Shown piece by piece: positions 32,634 through 43,135 of a stretch of DNA of 64,000 bases. The notes under the pieces are model-generated. The model saw only the letters and a list, made by a program, of their open reading frames with translations. It ran no database searches and was not told the origin of the DNA. Within the stretch, counting starts at the first letter, position 1, and every line of letters begins with the position of its first letter. The DNA lies in assembly GCA_000004985.1 (NCBI GenBank), contig GG738872.1. One strand, given 5' to 3'. The translations under genes were made by a program, and so were the position numbers. The DNA comes from Naegleria gruberi (taxonomy: Eukaryota).

Positions 32634-33707
32634 ATGTCGAAACTTATCACATTGTTTCTGCTGGCTACATTGTTCACCTCATGTCATGCACAAATACCCG
32701 TGACAACCATTCAACTTGACATTGAACCGTACACACTTTCGGAATGGACAAGTGACAGACAAGGAGTTGCCAATCAATTCTTGGATTTGATAGATAAATT
32801 ATTAGCTTTGAAACCACCTCTTCCTCTTCGTTTTGCAATTCCTCGTTGGTTTGATGGAATTTCAATCACCCGTAATGGTGTTACTAAATATTTAAGTCAA
32901 TTCGTCCAAGACAGAGCTCACTTAATGATTATGGATTATGTTAACACAGCACAGAGGTATGTTAAACAATATTTCATTTGAAAATTCTCATAAATTCAAT
33001 ATAGAGCCATCAATGATGCCCAAGATGAAATCAAATATGGATCCATTTCTGGAACTAAATCTGTAATTGGATTAGAAACAATGCAATTACCAAGTGAACC
33101 GACCTCAACTTATTATGGAAAGAATGCAAGTGATTTGGAGAGTGATTTGCAATTGATTGATAGTGCATTTTCATTGAATAGATCTTCATTTGAGGCGCTA
33201 TGTGTACATGATTGGAAAAATTGGAAAGTTTTTACTGCAAATTTTACAAAACCAATTGGTCAATTAAGGAGGGATTTGTATGTTTGGGATAATAGTGTAA
33301 TTCTTGTAGAGGAGGTGAGGAAGATATTTATGGATGATCTTAAAATATTGAATGGTAAATTGAGGAGAGTTTATTTGGAAGCAGAATATTTAATGGTCAA
33401 CTCTAAATATTGGAATATTACAAAAAGTACAATTCAGGAGTGGAATTCAAAGTTTGGAGTAGAAGTGGAGCTTCTTTCAGGAGATTCCAATTGGGCATTA
33501 ACTACAAATCATGCTAGACCTATTGCATTTGTTAATGCTAGCATTGCTTTCTATCAGAGTTATCCTAAAGTGATTCCAACAAGTTCAATATTTACACAAA
33601 ATTCAACCAAATTTGCCAGAGAATCCAATGCAAATATTTCTTTTTCAATCATTGGATCATTTTTGACCATATTCCTCTTCCTCATTCAATATTTAATTAA
33701 CTTTTAA
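32634..33707 (+). CDS. Secreted protein with a signal peptide and a C-terminal hydrophobic, GPI-anchor-like tail; join(32634..32956,33005..33707).
   Basis: Signal MSKLITLFLLATLFTSCHA|Q. A 48-nt intron (gtatgt...caatatag) joins ...VNTAQ-R-AINDAQDEIKYGSISG... in frame. The C-terminus SIIGSFLTIFLFLIQYLINF is hydrophobic. Several N-glycosylation sites. Function unknown. Confidence 0.5.
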
Positions 33708-33720
33708 TAATTTAAATAAT

Positions 33721-36700
33721 TTATTGTGGAGGCTCAACATCTCCACTTCTAATAAAGTACTTGAGTTCCAACTCTATCAAGTGTTCATCACTCATTAGTG
33801 GACAAGAAATTGCTGTTGAACCATTGTTTGAATTATAAACTTCTAAAGCATGAGTTAGATTGGCACATCCAAGACGAGTGTCCAATTTTGAGGATGTGTA
33901 CAATCTGTCATATTGGGCAGGGAACAAATTCAAGATACCAAAGATTGTATTTTCATTGGTCATGTTTGGATACTTGTGAGCATTGCCCATTTCCTTCATT
34001 AAGATTTCAACAAATTGGCCATATGGAATTTCATTTACCTTGAATCCCATCTTTTTCATAACTTGGACAATGGCATGGACACTTCTTGTAGCCATAGGAT
34101 TATTTCTATTGGTGTTAATAACGTTGAAAATATTATTAACTGTCTTATCTTGAGCAAATAGAGAAGGATAGAGTTGATTTGAATTGACCACAGCTACAAT
34201 ACTCTGGGCACAAAAATCAACAGGAAGCATGTGAATACTGTCAGTAGAATTTTCTGGTGCAACACCCAAGTGAATCATACCACACATTAATCTGCTGATC
34301 CATTCTCTGACACTGGAGAAACCATTCTTTGAATGACCAACAACTAGTCCAGGTCTATAGATGGCAATTGATTTAATATTCTTCTCTTCCATGGCTAATC
34401 TGAGAATGTGTTCACTGATAAACTTGGTTTGTGGATAACCACCATTCAATAATTGGAAGTTTTCAACAGTGAGTGGAACGAAATCTTCATTTACAACGGT
34501 GTTATACTTGGCCATGTTGTGAGGTACTACACTGATGGAGGAGACAAAGTGAAGAGTCTTGAGCTTGTTTCCAGAAGTTGCAAGCTTGAGACATTCAACA
34601 ACACTTTGTACATTGACAGTTCTCAATTGATCATAATTCATAATAAAATTAACATTAGCTCCGCAGTGAATAATTGAGTCCAACTCTGTTGACAAGGTGC
34701 TGATCATTTGATTATCCAATCCGAATTGTGGCAAGCCAAAATCTCCACATAAAACTCTAGTTCTCGTTTCAAATCCGTTTTGAACGGCATTGATAACATT
34801 AGAGTCCAAACCTTGAGTGTATTGGACAATATTATCTAACACTCTTCTTCTACCTTCCTCTTCGGAGCTAGCTCTAACAAGGCAATAAACAATCGATTCA
34901 GGATAAAGTAGCAATTGTTCACATAGCAAACCACTTCCAATAAAACCTGTAACACCTGTCAATAAAATCTTCTTTGGTGTTTCATGCAAACAAGAGGTAT
35001 TCATGGTGGCAGTGTCAATAGATGGTACTTGAGAGAGCAAGCTTCTAACTTCCTCTTCCAAGGCATTATTGGAGGCAAATCTTGCAGATTTTTCAGACAT
35101 TGCTTGATTTGGATTTTGCATGGCATGGTCAATAATTTCCAACATTTTCTCTGCTGGATTATCATGATTCTTTACAGAGAGTAACTTGTCAGCTCCAACA
35201 ACAATACCAAACTTTTGCATCAAGATGTTCGATAGACGAACAGTACTCAAAGAATCAATAACACCTCCACTTTGGAACAAGTTTTGAATAATAGTCTTCA
35301 ATTGTTCCTTATTTTCAACAGTTTCGAGTTGAGTGATGTCACCTTCCTTTTCCACTTGAGTATAGAGTTTGTCGAGAGCTTCCTTGTAGGCCTTATTGAG
35401 GGCTGGTCTACAAATCTTGTACGAGCTGGTCAATTTACCATTGTCTGGTGTGAATTTTTCCAAATCAATTATAAATGCCTTTGGAGATTCATAGGACTCT
35501 AATTTTCCTTCTCTTGCTGCAGTAATAATTTCCTTTTGAATGATTTGATAAGCGACACTTCCTCTCGAGAGATCCATCGCGTCTGGTACTGGTAAGTTTT
35601 GTTCTTTCAAAACAGTGGCAACTTGCTCTTGCAAAATTGGAACGTTCTTTGGAACAATGACAGCAACCATGAATGATCTGAATGAATTTCCATACAAGAA
35701 CATTTGATCAATGAAATGAGATTTGGAAATGAAGAGATTTTCCAAATTTTCAGGAGCTACAAATTCACCTTGAGCTAACTTGAAAATATTCTTTCTTCTA
35801 TCAATAACTTTAACCTTGTAGGTACTCTTTGAAATCTCACCAATATCACCTGTATGATAGAATCCTTCGCTATCAATTAGTTCACTGGTCTTTTGAGCAT
35901 CTCTATAATAGCCAGGAATACAATCTTCACTCTTTACACAAATTTCACCTCTAGCATTTGGCTGATCGGTAATGTAATAGGAGAGTTCTGGAACATTTTC
36001 CAACTTGATGGTGACACCGTCAACTAGGAGCATGTGAGATGGAAGATTTTCATTGTCCTTCTTGGTCTTGTCTGTAATATACACTTGCTCCAATTCTCCT
36101 CTATCAATCCAACCAATGGATCCACACTCAGTTGAGGCATACCCATTGAAAACAGGTACCTTGAAGCAGTCACGAAGGAATTTAATTACTTCAGGGGAGG
36201 TTGCAGCGCCACCTGTTACAATTGAAGTTATTCTTCCTCCTAAAATATTTTTGAAATTATTCAAAATTAAAAATTCAGAGACTGGCTCACTACTACTAGC
36301 ATTTCTCTTCAATCTACTTTGATATTCAGCGAGGAGAGTATTGTAGAATCTTGGTGTAGTGGAAAGTGTTACAGGTTGAATCAATTGGAAATCTTCCAAA
36401 ATTTTATCCATTTCACCACAATAAATACCAACTCGGCCACCATTAATAGCACAAATTGTTGTGTTGGATCTGTCAGTAACGTGAGAGAGTGGTGAGAAGG
36501 AAACACACACAAGGGGATGATTTTGGTAGAGTTCATGTTGAAGTTGTTTGTTGTAGTGTCTATCTGTAATGATGGCCCCTTTTGGTTCGGTAGATGTGGA
36601 GCCAGAAGTATAGACAATTGTGCACATATCCTCGACATTTCTATTAGTCTTGATGGCAACTCTGAGCTCATCGGAAAATGTTGGATATTCATTAATAGTT

Positions 36701-38301
36701 GACATTTCCACATAGTTCATATCTTTCAATTCTACGGAGAGCTCTTTGGCCAACACTCTAGCCTTGAAATCAAGTTCAATATCATTTTCACTAATATAAT
36801 TTAAGAGGACAAAATCTTCATCTGAAGCATTCCAATCACACAAGTCTGCTAGTGAAGTGTTCATGTTAATATTGGTATCTGGATATCTGTTCTTCAATAA
36901 ATAATAATATCTCAAAAAGTCACTGGAATCCTTGGTATAATTGGTGAGTTTTTTGAGTCCTTCCAAATGAGATCTTCTTCTATTTTTGACAAGGTCTTGA
37001 ACATTATTTTCTTGTACAGATTGGAGGTATGATGGCACTTCCTCTTCCTCAACAATCAGGGCATCCATTTGTATAATGGCCTTCACAGATGGTAAGAGAC
37101 CTCTCTTGATGAGTTTTAAAAATTTGACAGTCAATTCTCTGCTACAAACAATGAGTGGAACTTGTGAATTATTTACCACTTGAATAATTTCGTGGGACAT
37201 CATTTTCATATCCTCCTTTGATTCTATATTTACAATATCTTCAGAGAGGCATTCAACTTTAGCTTTTGGAAGTGGAATGGTAACCATAGCTTGAGTCAAT
37301 CCAGCCCAATCAGCAACAAACCAATCAGGTCTGTTAATTGAACAAATGCCAACGAATCCTCTGTTGATTTCTTTTTGATTTTCTCTGTGTTGAGTCAAGA
37401 GCTTTTCATTATTGAAACAAATTCTCAACCCATTACCGAATCTCAATACTCTTTCGTGGAGTTGAGCATATGTAAACCAACGATACTTGTTCTCATATTG
37501 ATCCTTGGCAATTTTTCTTCTATAACCCAAACAAGGTCTATCAGCATAGGCCAATAGAGCATTATTGAGAGTTTCAGCAACGTAGGAACCTTTGGTGAGC
37601 CAATGCAAATGAGCAGGATGTTTCGAATTTTTCACCAAGAAAACATCATGAATAGGAATTGGTTTACGCTGGGCAATAGTTTCTCTTGCTTTAATCTTCC
37701 ACTCCTCCACACTCTTCTTCTCCCATTCCTCCATTGAAATATTAAAATCCTCAAATTTATCACTCTCCAAACAGTGCATCTTTGGTACATTGGTTTTGAG
37801 TTTTGCCTTTGAAATCATACAAACATCCTCATGTCTATCTCTATAGTATCCTTCATAAATATAAAATCTGACACCAATCTTCTTCTGATACTCTTCTCCA
37901 TTCTCACTCAGAGCCACTTGCAAATCGAGTGGCACAGAAGGATCAAATTTCTGTGGTTCAAATCGAAGAGCAGCCAAGAAGGCAGTCGGAACAAAACCAA
38001 TATGCTTCTCATTACGTGGAATATCATGATCATAGACTCGACATCCATTTCGATGAACATCACGAATATCCACTTTTTGAACCAATGCCCAACCCAAACC
38101 AGTTTCATACTCACGAAGGAGAATCATCAGATCACCAACTTTGAGTGATATCAAACCTTCAGAATTATTTGGCTCCACTTCATAGTCAGAAACCGAGATG
38201 GCATATTTAGGGAATTTGAACATTTTTTTTAAATTGTTAATCAATAGGTTGGATGTACTGGTGGATAAATAGTGCAGGTAACACACAAGGATCAAGTTCA
38301 T
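33721..38301 (-). CDS. Fatty-acyl-AMP ligase / acyl-CoA-synthetase-type adenylation domain, then a phosphopantetheine carrier domain, then a thioester reductase, with an SH3-like N-terminal domain; 1526 aa, single exon.
   Basis: AMP-binding motifs TSGSTSTEPKGAII, GYASTECG, YHTGDIG and DRRKNIFKLAQGEFVAPENLE (ACSL/FAAL-like). Carrier motif LFQSGGVIDSLSTVRL (GGxDSL). Reductase Rossmann LLTGVTGFIGSGLL and YRPGLVVGHSKNG (Y/K). The N-terminal GDLMILLREYETGLGWALVQ...HIGFVPTAFL is SH3-like. ATG at 38301. Confidence 0.8.
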   Translation of the reverse strand: MNLILVCYLHYLSTSTSNLLINNLKKMFKFPKYAISVSDYEVEPNNSEGLISLKVGDLMILLREYETGLGWALVQKVDIRDVHRNGCRVYDHDIPRNEKHIGFVPTAFLAALRFEPQKFDPSVPLDLQVALSENGEEYQKKIGVRFYIYEGYYRDRHEDVCMISKAKLKTNVPKMHCLESDKFEDFNISMEEWEKKSVEEWKIKARETIAQRKPIPIHDVFLVKNSKHPAHLHWLTKGSYVAETLNNALLAYADRPCLGYRRKIAKDQYENKYRWFTYAQLHERVLRFGNGLRICFNNEKLLTQHRENQKEINRGFVGICSINRPDWFVADWAGLTQAMVTIPLPKAKVECLSEDIVNIESKEDMKMMSHEIIQVVNNSQVPLIVCSRELTVKFLKLIKRGLLPSVKAIIQMDALIVEEEEVPSYLQSVQENNVQDLVKNRRRSHLEGLKKLTNYTKDSSDFLRYYYLLKNRYPDTNINMNTSLADLCDWNASDEDFVLLNYISENDIELDFKARVLAKELSVELKDMNYVEMSTINEYPTFSDELRVAIKTNRNVEDMCTIVYTSGSTSTEPKGAIITDRHYNKQLQHELYQNHPLVCVSFSPLSHVTDRSNTTICAINGGRVGIYCGEMDKILEDFQLIQPVTLSTTPRFYNTLLAEYQSRLKRNASSSEPVSEFLILNNFKNILGGRITSIVTGGAATSPEVIKFLRDCFKVPVFNGYASTECGSIGWIDRGELEQVYITDKTKKDNENLPSHMLLVDGVTIKLENVPELSYYITDQPNARGEICVKSEDCIPGYYRDAQKTSELIDSEGFYHTGDIGEISKSTYKVKVIDRRKNIFKLAQGEFVAPENLENLFISKSHFIDQMFLYGNSFRSFMVAVIVPKNVPILQEQVATVLKEQNLPVPDAMDLSRGSVAYQIIQKEIITAAREGKLESYESPKAFIIDLEKFTPDNGKLTSSYKICRPALNKAYKEALDKLYTQVEKEGDITQLETVENKEQLKTIIQNLFQSGGVIDSLSTVRLSNILMQKFGIVVGADKLLSVKNHDNPAEKMLEIIDHAMQNPNQAMSEKSARFASNNALEEEVRSLLSQVPSIDTATMNTSCLHETPKKILLTGVTGFIGSGLLCEQLLLYPESIVYCLVRASSEEEGRRRVLDNIVQYTQGLDSNVINAVQNGFETRTRVLCGDFGLPQFGLDNQMISTLSTELDSIIHCGANVNFIMNYDQLRTVNVQSVVECLKLATSGNKLKTLHFVSSISVVPHNMAKYNTVVNEDFVPLTVENFQLLNGGYPQTKFISEHILRLAMEEKNIKSIAIYRPGLVVGHSKNGFSSVREWISRLMCGMIHLGVAPENSTDSIHMLPVDFCAQSIVAVVNSNQLYPSLFAQDKTVNNIFNVINTNRNNPMATRSVHAIVQVMKKMGFKVNEIPYGQFVEILMKEMGNAHKYPNMTNENTIFGILNLFPAQYDRLYTSSKLDTRLGCANLTHALEVYNSNNGSTAISCPLMSDEHLIELELKYFIRSGDVEPPQ

Positions 38302-38565
38302 AGTACAGAGCTGTTATCCTTTTTACAAAAATATTAATCAATATTAATAATATTAAACATGGTTATTTAATAATGTTAAAATTGTAAAGTAAAAAAAAAT
38401 GGGCAAAAAGCATCCGATTTCTTTTCGCCGCTTTTTTAGCTCTTAAATATATTTCAAAGGCATAAGAGAATCTTCAGCCACTACCATAATTCAAATCCAA
38501 AAAAAAGGAACAATAAGCCTTTTAAAACAACAACAACTATATTATTTAATTTATTAGAGAAGAAC

Positions 38566-38970
38566 ATGTTTACTTCCGAATTCATGACTAAATTTCAAAC
38601 ATTATGGAATCAAGATGAAACGATTCCATCCACTCTCAAATCCATCAATTTCTCGGCCAATGTTGGTTATGGAATTAAAAGAGAGGATCAACCAAAGACT
38701 GTTTTAATTATTAAGGAAGGAAGTGTGGTGGATGCCAAAGTTTATGAAGGAGAGGAATTGGATTGGGATATTAGATGTTCTGAGGATAATTGGAAACATT
38801 ATATGGTGAAGGGAATGGGAATGTCACAACTCGCTTCAGGATATGCTATGGGTTGGCTTAAATTTATTAAAGGAGATTACTTTAGCATGATTAAGAATCC
38901 AAGAATGATTGGACCATTCATTAAGAGTTTTGAATTGATGAGCAAGGTATATACAGAACTGAATCAATAA
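38566..38970 (+). CDS. Small SCP2-like sterol/lipid carrier protein of 134 aa.
   Basis: DWDIRCSEDNWKHYMVKGMGMSQLASGYAMGWLKFIKGDYFSMI resembles the SCP2 C-terminal region (compare [43 protein letters not shown]). It is head-to-head with the ligase-reductase gene across a 264-bp intergenic region. Confidence 0.5.
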   Translation: MFTSEFMTKFQTLWNQDETIPSTLKSINFSANVGYGIKREDQPKTVLIIKEGSVVDAKVYEGEELDWDIRCSEDNWKHYMVKGMGMSQLASGYAMGWLKFIKGDYFSMIKNPRMIGPFIKSFELMSKVYTELNQ

Positions 38971-39121
38971 ATGATTCAAAGTTACTTAAGGCCAGAGGGT
39001 TATATTAAACTATATGATCTAATAGTTTATGAACTAAATATGTTGACAAAATACTTGCTGAACGAATCACTCCTTCCAAATTTTGACCTGTCAACAATTC
39101 ATCTTTGAAAAAAAAACCAAC

Positions 39122-39791
39122 ATGTCTTCACAACATAGAATCACACTCGCAACCTTTCTAATTTTATGCTTGTTGTTGTCTGTTTGTTGCATTTATGTGA
39201 ATGCCACAGCTTCATCATGCAGAGCTCCAGAAACCTCGAAATCTAGCTCAAAACGAAGAGCTGTAGTATTGGAGAATGATAATCCATCTTCTGAACAGCA
39301 ATTAATTAGCAGCACAACTACCAATGTAAGTTGACTGGTCTTTTGTTATTCGAATATTTCAGAAACCTGCCGAAAGCTCTTCCTCGCAACCAACAACCAC
39401 AGCCACAACATCAAACTATCCAATATCACCAGAGGCAAAATACTACATTGACAAACAACCAACCACATTCCACATAACAGGTCCACTCGATCTCAAACTC
39501 TCCAAACGTTCAGAAACATTTCGTGGTTCTGACAAAATCAAATGTGTTGCCTGCAGAATGGATTGCATGAAGAAGGTCCATCCAGAAATTGGCTCCTTCT
39601 TCGAGTCATGCAGAGATCAATTCTACTATTATGGTTGTCAGAAGAAACAACCATGTTACGAGGCAGTGGATGGAGATTTTGTATTGGAGATGGCTATTGG
39701 AATTTGTTTGGAAAAGAATGGATGTATTATGAAGAAGGCATTCCTTTCTAATGGAAATGCTGATAGTAGTTCACAATCTGATGGGCAATAA
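39122..39791 (+). CDS. Small secreted cysteine-rich protein; join(39122..39325,39363..39791).
   Basis: The first ATG is at 39122 (track start is TTG): MSSQHRITLATFLILCLLLSVCCIYVNA is the signal peptide. A 37-nt intron (gtaagt...atatttcag). Mature region: Thr/Ser-rich linker, then KCVACRMDCMKKVHPEIGSFFESCRDQFYYYGCQKKQPCYEAVDGDFVLEMAIGICLEKNGC (8 Cys). Confidence 0.5.
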
Positions 39792-40542
39792 TAATATTTT
39801 GTAATATTTATTAATATTTATATTATTAACATAAAATGTTCATTAATAATTTCCTATTTGTAAAAGTGCAAACCACCTCTATAGTCAGTAACCACCAAAA
39901 TGAAATATTCTTCATTTCTAATGAAATTAATGGCATAAGCATTCTCCAATTCGAAAAATCCCATTCTCTTTTTCAAAATCATATCAAAGGCATAAATCTT
40001 GCCTTGTGAAAAATCTGAAACATAGAGAACTAGACCGAAGGAGGTGAGCTAAAAAATGTTTCATCACGGTAATTTCGCGCCAACCAAAAACCGCTGAAAG
40101 TTGTCTGTTCTGACCGTTAAATATTCAACAAAAAAAAACAACAAACAACAATTACTCATCATGAATTCATCATCACCCTGCTAAATAGGTATATTGGTTG
40201 GTATTCCCACCTTCAGCATGCTACCTTGAGAAGCCACCATGAGGAGAGTTCTCCCTTTGCTTCCTTCCTCACCAGCCATTACTACATTCACCTCGCCAAA
40301 ACATCATCTAGATAAGTGCCTGCCCATTTACTTGAAATTGTTGGTACATTAAAGCGAAGGTTCATGTACAAGAACCCAGAAGTACTTGTTTCTAGAAGAA
40401 CAAGTGGTAATTGATACTTTGAACACACTGTCTCACTCTTGGTCCAATAAACCTTCGGCTCGACTTTAACAAATTTTTGTTTTTTGAGTGACTTCTAAAT
40501 TTTTTATAAAAATATTTGTCAATCCTTCTCACCTCCCACGGT

Positions 40543-41439
40543 CTATAGAGAACTGAATGGATTTTCATCATAAAGCAACCTTTGGGCTGTTGTCAAATCA
40601 GAAATATCCAATGAAAACTCGACATGCCATTTGCCATCATTGTAATAACACACGTTCAATTCTGGCTCATTTGAAACAACAAGTTTACCATCACCTAACC
40701 AACAGCCGTCTCTAAGTAAATTCCCATTTGAAATCTCTATTGTAAAAGTGGAATCCTTTGTTCCATTTGACAGATCACCAAATAGGTTTCCATAATCACA
40801 ACAAAGTAGTAACTGTTTCTTTCCATCTCTTTCAACTAGGGCAGCAGAATTTGCTCCTCCAATGTAGATATTATCATCAGAGGTTTGATTCTGATCAATT
40901 ATCAACACTGGTTCGATATTATCCAAGCTCTCCTTCTCGTTCAGTTTTTGAACAATCTCACTCATGTTCAATTTAAGAATTCGCTTATCCTCACAAACAA
41001 TCAATGCATTATCAATTTGACCAGTTGCCTCATTCACAATTCCCTTGTTTTCAATCAATATTTGAGATGGAATATCCTTCAAAGGAAATCCTCCCAAATG
41101 TGCAAGATGTAATTCCTCAGCAATATCAATGCATTGATCACATTCAAAACATTCAATTCTCTTATTGCTACCATCAGAAATAACCAACACTCCATTCTTA
41201 TCATCGAAGGCAACACCACAAGGATAGACAGGATTATAGAGAAGACCATCCAACTTGATCGATTTGATCAATTGAAACTTTCCAGAAAATCCCTTACATG
41301 ATCTCTTCATCTTTTCCGATAATTTCTCATACAACCAATCTTTCCCATCACCTCGATGAATACCTTTCTTATTATCATTATGATCAGCTAAGTGGATTAC
41401 AACTTGTTCTGCTTCTGGTTCTTCTAATCTGTTGCTCAT
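40543..41439 (-). CDS. NHL-repeat / six-bladed beta-propeller-like protein, 298 aa.
   Basis: Repeated short motifs typical of NHL blades (GVAFDDKNGVLVISDGSNKRIECFE; ALIVCEDKRILKL; LLLCCDYGNLFGDL; DGKLVVSNEPELNVCYY). ATG at 41439. Confidence 0.45.
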   Translation of the reverse strand: MSNRLEEPEAEQVVIHLADHNDNKKGIHRGDGKDWLYEKLSEKMKRSCKGFSGKFQLIKSIKLDGLLYNPVYPCGVAFDDKNGVLVISDGSNKRIECFECDQCIDIAEELHLAHLGGFPLKDIPSQILIENKGIVNEATGQIDNALIVCEDKRILKLNMSEIVQKLNEKESLDNIEPVLIIDQNQTSDDNIYIGGANSAALVERDGKKQLLLCCDYGNLFGDLSNGTKDSTFTIEISNGNLLRDGCWLGDGKLVVSNEPELNVCYYNDGKWHVEFSLDISDLTTAQRLLYDENPFSSL

Positions 41440-41605
41440 TTTTTCTGGAAATCTTAATAACAGTTAAAACTGATTTTTTTAGAGGGTTACTTGAATGTTG
41501 AGATTTTACAATAGTTTAAGGAGTAATATTAATTAATATTTTTGTAAAGGGGTATTAAACTCGACTATTTGCTGGAAGTGATAACACTATTCAATATTAA
41601 AAAAA

Positions 41606-43135
41606 ATGCCTCCAACCAATATTCGAACTCTTTCATCATCCAACAATAATTCATCACCATCATCGTCTTCGGGTACACAAAAATCATTTCCCACCACAGG
41701 TGGAAGAACACTCAGAGTTTCATCCTCATCCTCATCTACTAATGAAGACAATAGTACTGATAGAATTGGAGCATCATCTTCATCATCAACAGATGTAAAA
41801 AAGGCACCTTTGAATAATAATAATAGTATAATTATTAAACGTGATGATGGTATGGAAAATATTCCGAGAGAATTTACTCCACAAAAGTTTATACCACCCC
41901 CAAGATTTGATACAAACAAAACTCGGAGTAATCCATCTTCATCATCAAGTAATAATTCTTCTAATAGACAACATGTTTGTTCGTCGTTGTGTTCTTGTCC
42001 AAAAACAAGTTCTAGTAATGGAAAGAAGAATTCATGTGATACACCAATTTTCAATCAACAAACAGTGAATAATTTTAGTGATGCAATTATATTGGCAGAA
42101 TTGAATTCACCAACACCTGATGTTCATGTGTTATTTACTCATTTTGATGGCAAGTATTTCAGAAATAAGTTGTCAACGTGCACAACTTTGAGATGGAGTT
42201 CTAAAATGACACTTTGTGCTGGAATTTGTTATAGTCAATATCAGAAATATACCATAACAAAAACATTTGGACCTAGAGTGTCTTCGAGTGGATATTATGA
42301 TCCTAATGATATACTGAAAAAACAAGAGCAAGTCACTCAGAAAATTTGTACAATATCCTTGAGTGAATGCCTTTTAAAGTTTAGACCACCAATTGATACC
42401 ATTTCGACATTGATACACGAAATGATTCATGCTTTTTTATTCATCGACTCGAATGTTGTCGATAGAGAGGGTCATGGTGAAAATTTTCAGTGGTGGATGA
42501 AATTTGTCAACACCAAAGAAAATGGAACAGGAATTCACATTACAATTTATCATACTTTTCATGCTGAAGTTGATTATTATCGTCAACATCATTGGAGATG
42601 CAAGAAATGTGCGATGTTAGTCAAGAGAGCTATGAATAGAGCTCCTAACAAACATGACGATTGGTTTGCAGATCATGAGAAGAAGTGTGGAGGAAGTTTT
42701 GTAAAAATTAAGGAACCTGAAAAGGTTGAAAAGAAAAAGAGTGGAAATTATAAGGGTATTGAAAAATCGAGGAAATTTATGGAAAACTTTCTCACGAAAA
42801 AGAATCCAACCATTAAGGGAATTGAGAGTGATTCTGATCTCACAAAAGTAGCAGCAAATCAGATATCTAACAGTTCAACTGATAAAAAGAATGAAAAGAA
42901 ACCTATCAATGATTTGATAATTATTGAGGAGGATAGACCTAAAGGTAATACTAATAAGAAGAAGGATAATCTGCCTATTACGATTGAGATATTGGATGAT
43001 GAAGATGAAGAAGTGGATTCTCCATCATATAAATCCGATGAAATATTCATCAATGACGATGATTACATACCCCCAGACAATGTAATTATCCTAACAAATG
43101 ATCAAGACATTCAAGATGATGTTATTATTCTTTAA
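41606..43135 (+). CDS. SprT/Spartan (Wss1)-like DNA-dependent metalloprotease, 509 aa, with a Ser-rich disordered N-terminus and an acidic C-terminal tail.
   Basis: HExxH in LIHEMIHAFLFIDSNVVDREGHGENFQWWMKFVN. The downstream zinc-binding region HITIYHTFHAEVDYYRQHHWRCKKCAMLVKRAMNRAPNKHDDWFADHEKKCGGSF is typical of the SprT-like domain. Acidic tail DDEDEEVDSP... Confidence 0.75.
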   Translation: MPPTNIRTLSSSNNNSSPSSSSGTQKSFPTTGGRTLRVSSSSSSTNEDNSTDRIGASSSSSTDVKKAPLNNNNSIIIKRDDGMENIPREFTPQKFIPPPRFDTNKTRSNPSSSSSNNSSNRQHVCSSLCSCPKTSSSNGKKNSCDTPIFNQQTVNNFSDAIILAELNSPTPDVHVLFTHFDGKYFRNKLSTCTTLRWSSKMTLCAGICYSQYQKYTITKTFGPRVSSSGYYDPNDILKKQEQVTQKICTISLSECLLKFRPPIDTISTLIHEMIHAFLFIDSNVVDREGHGENFQWWMKFVNTKENGTGIHITIYHTFHAEVDYYRQHHWRCKKCAMLVKRAMNRAPNKHDDWFADHEKKCGGSFVKIKEPEKVEKKKSGNYKGIEKSRKFMENFLTKKNPTIKGIESDSDLTKVAANQISNSSTDKKNEKKPINDLIIIEEDRPKGNTNKKKDNLPITIEILDDEDEEVDSPSYKSDEIFINDDDYIPPDNVIILTNDQDIQDDVIIL

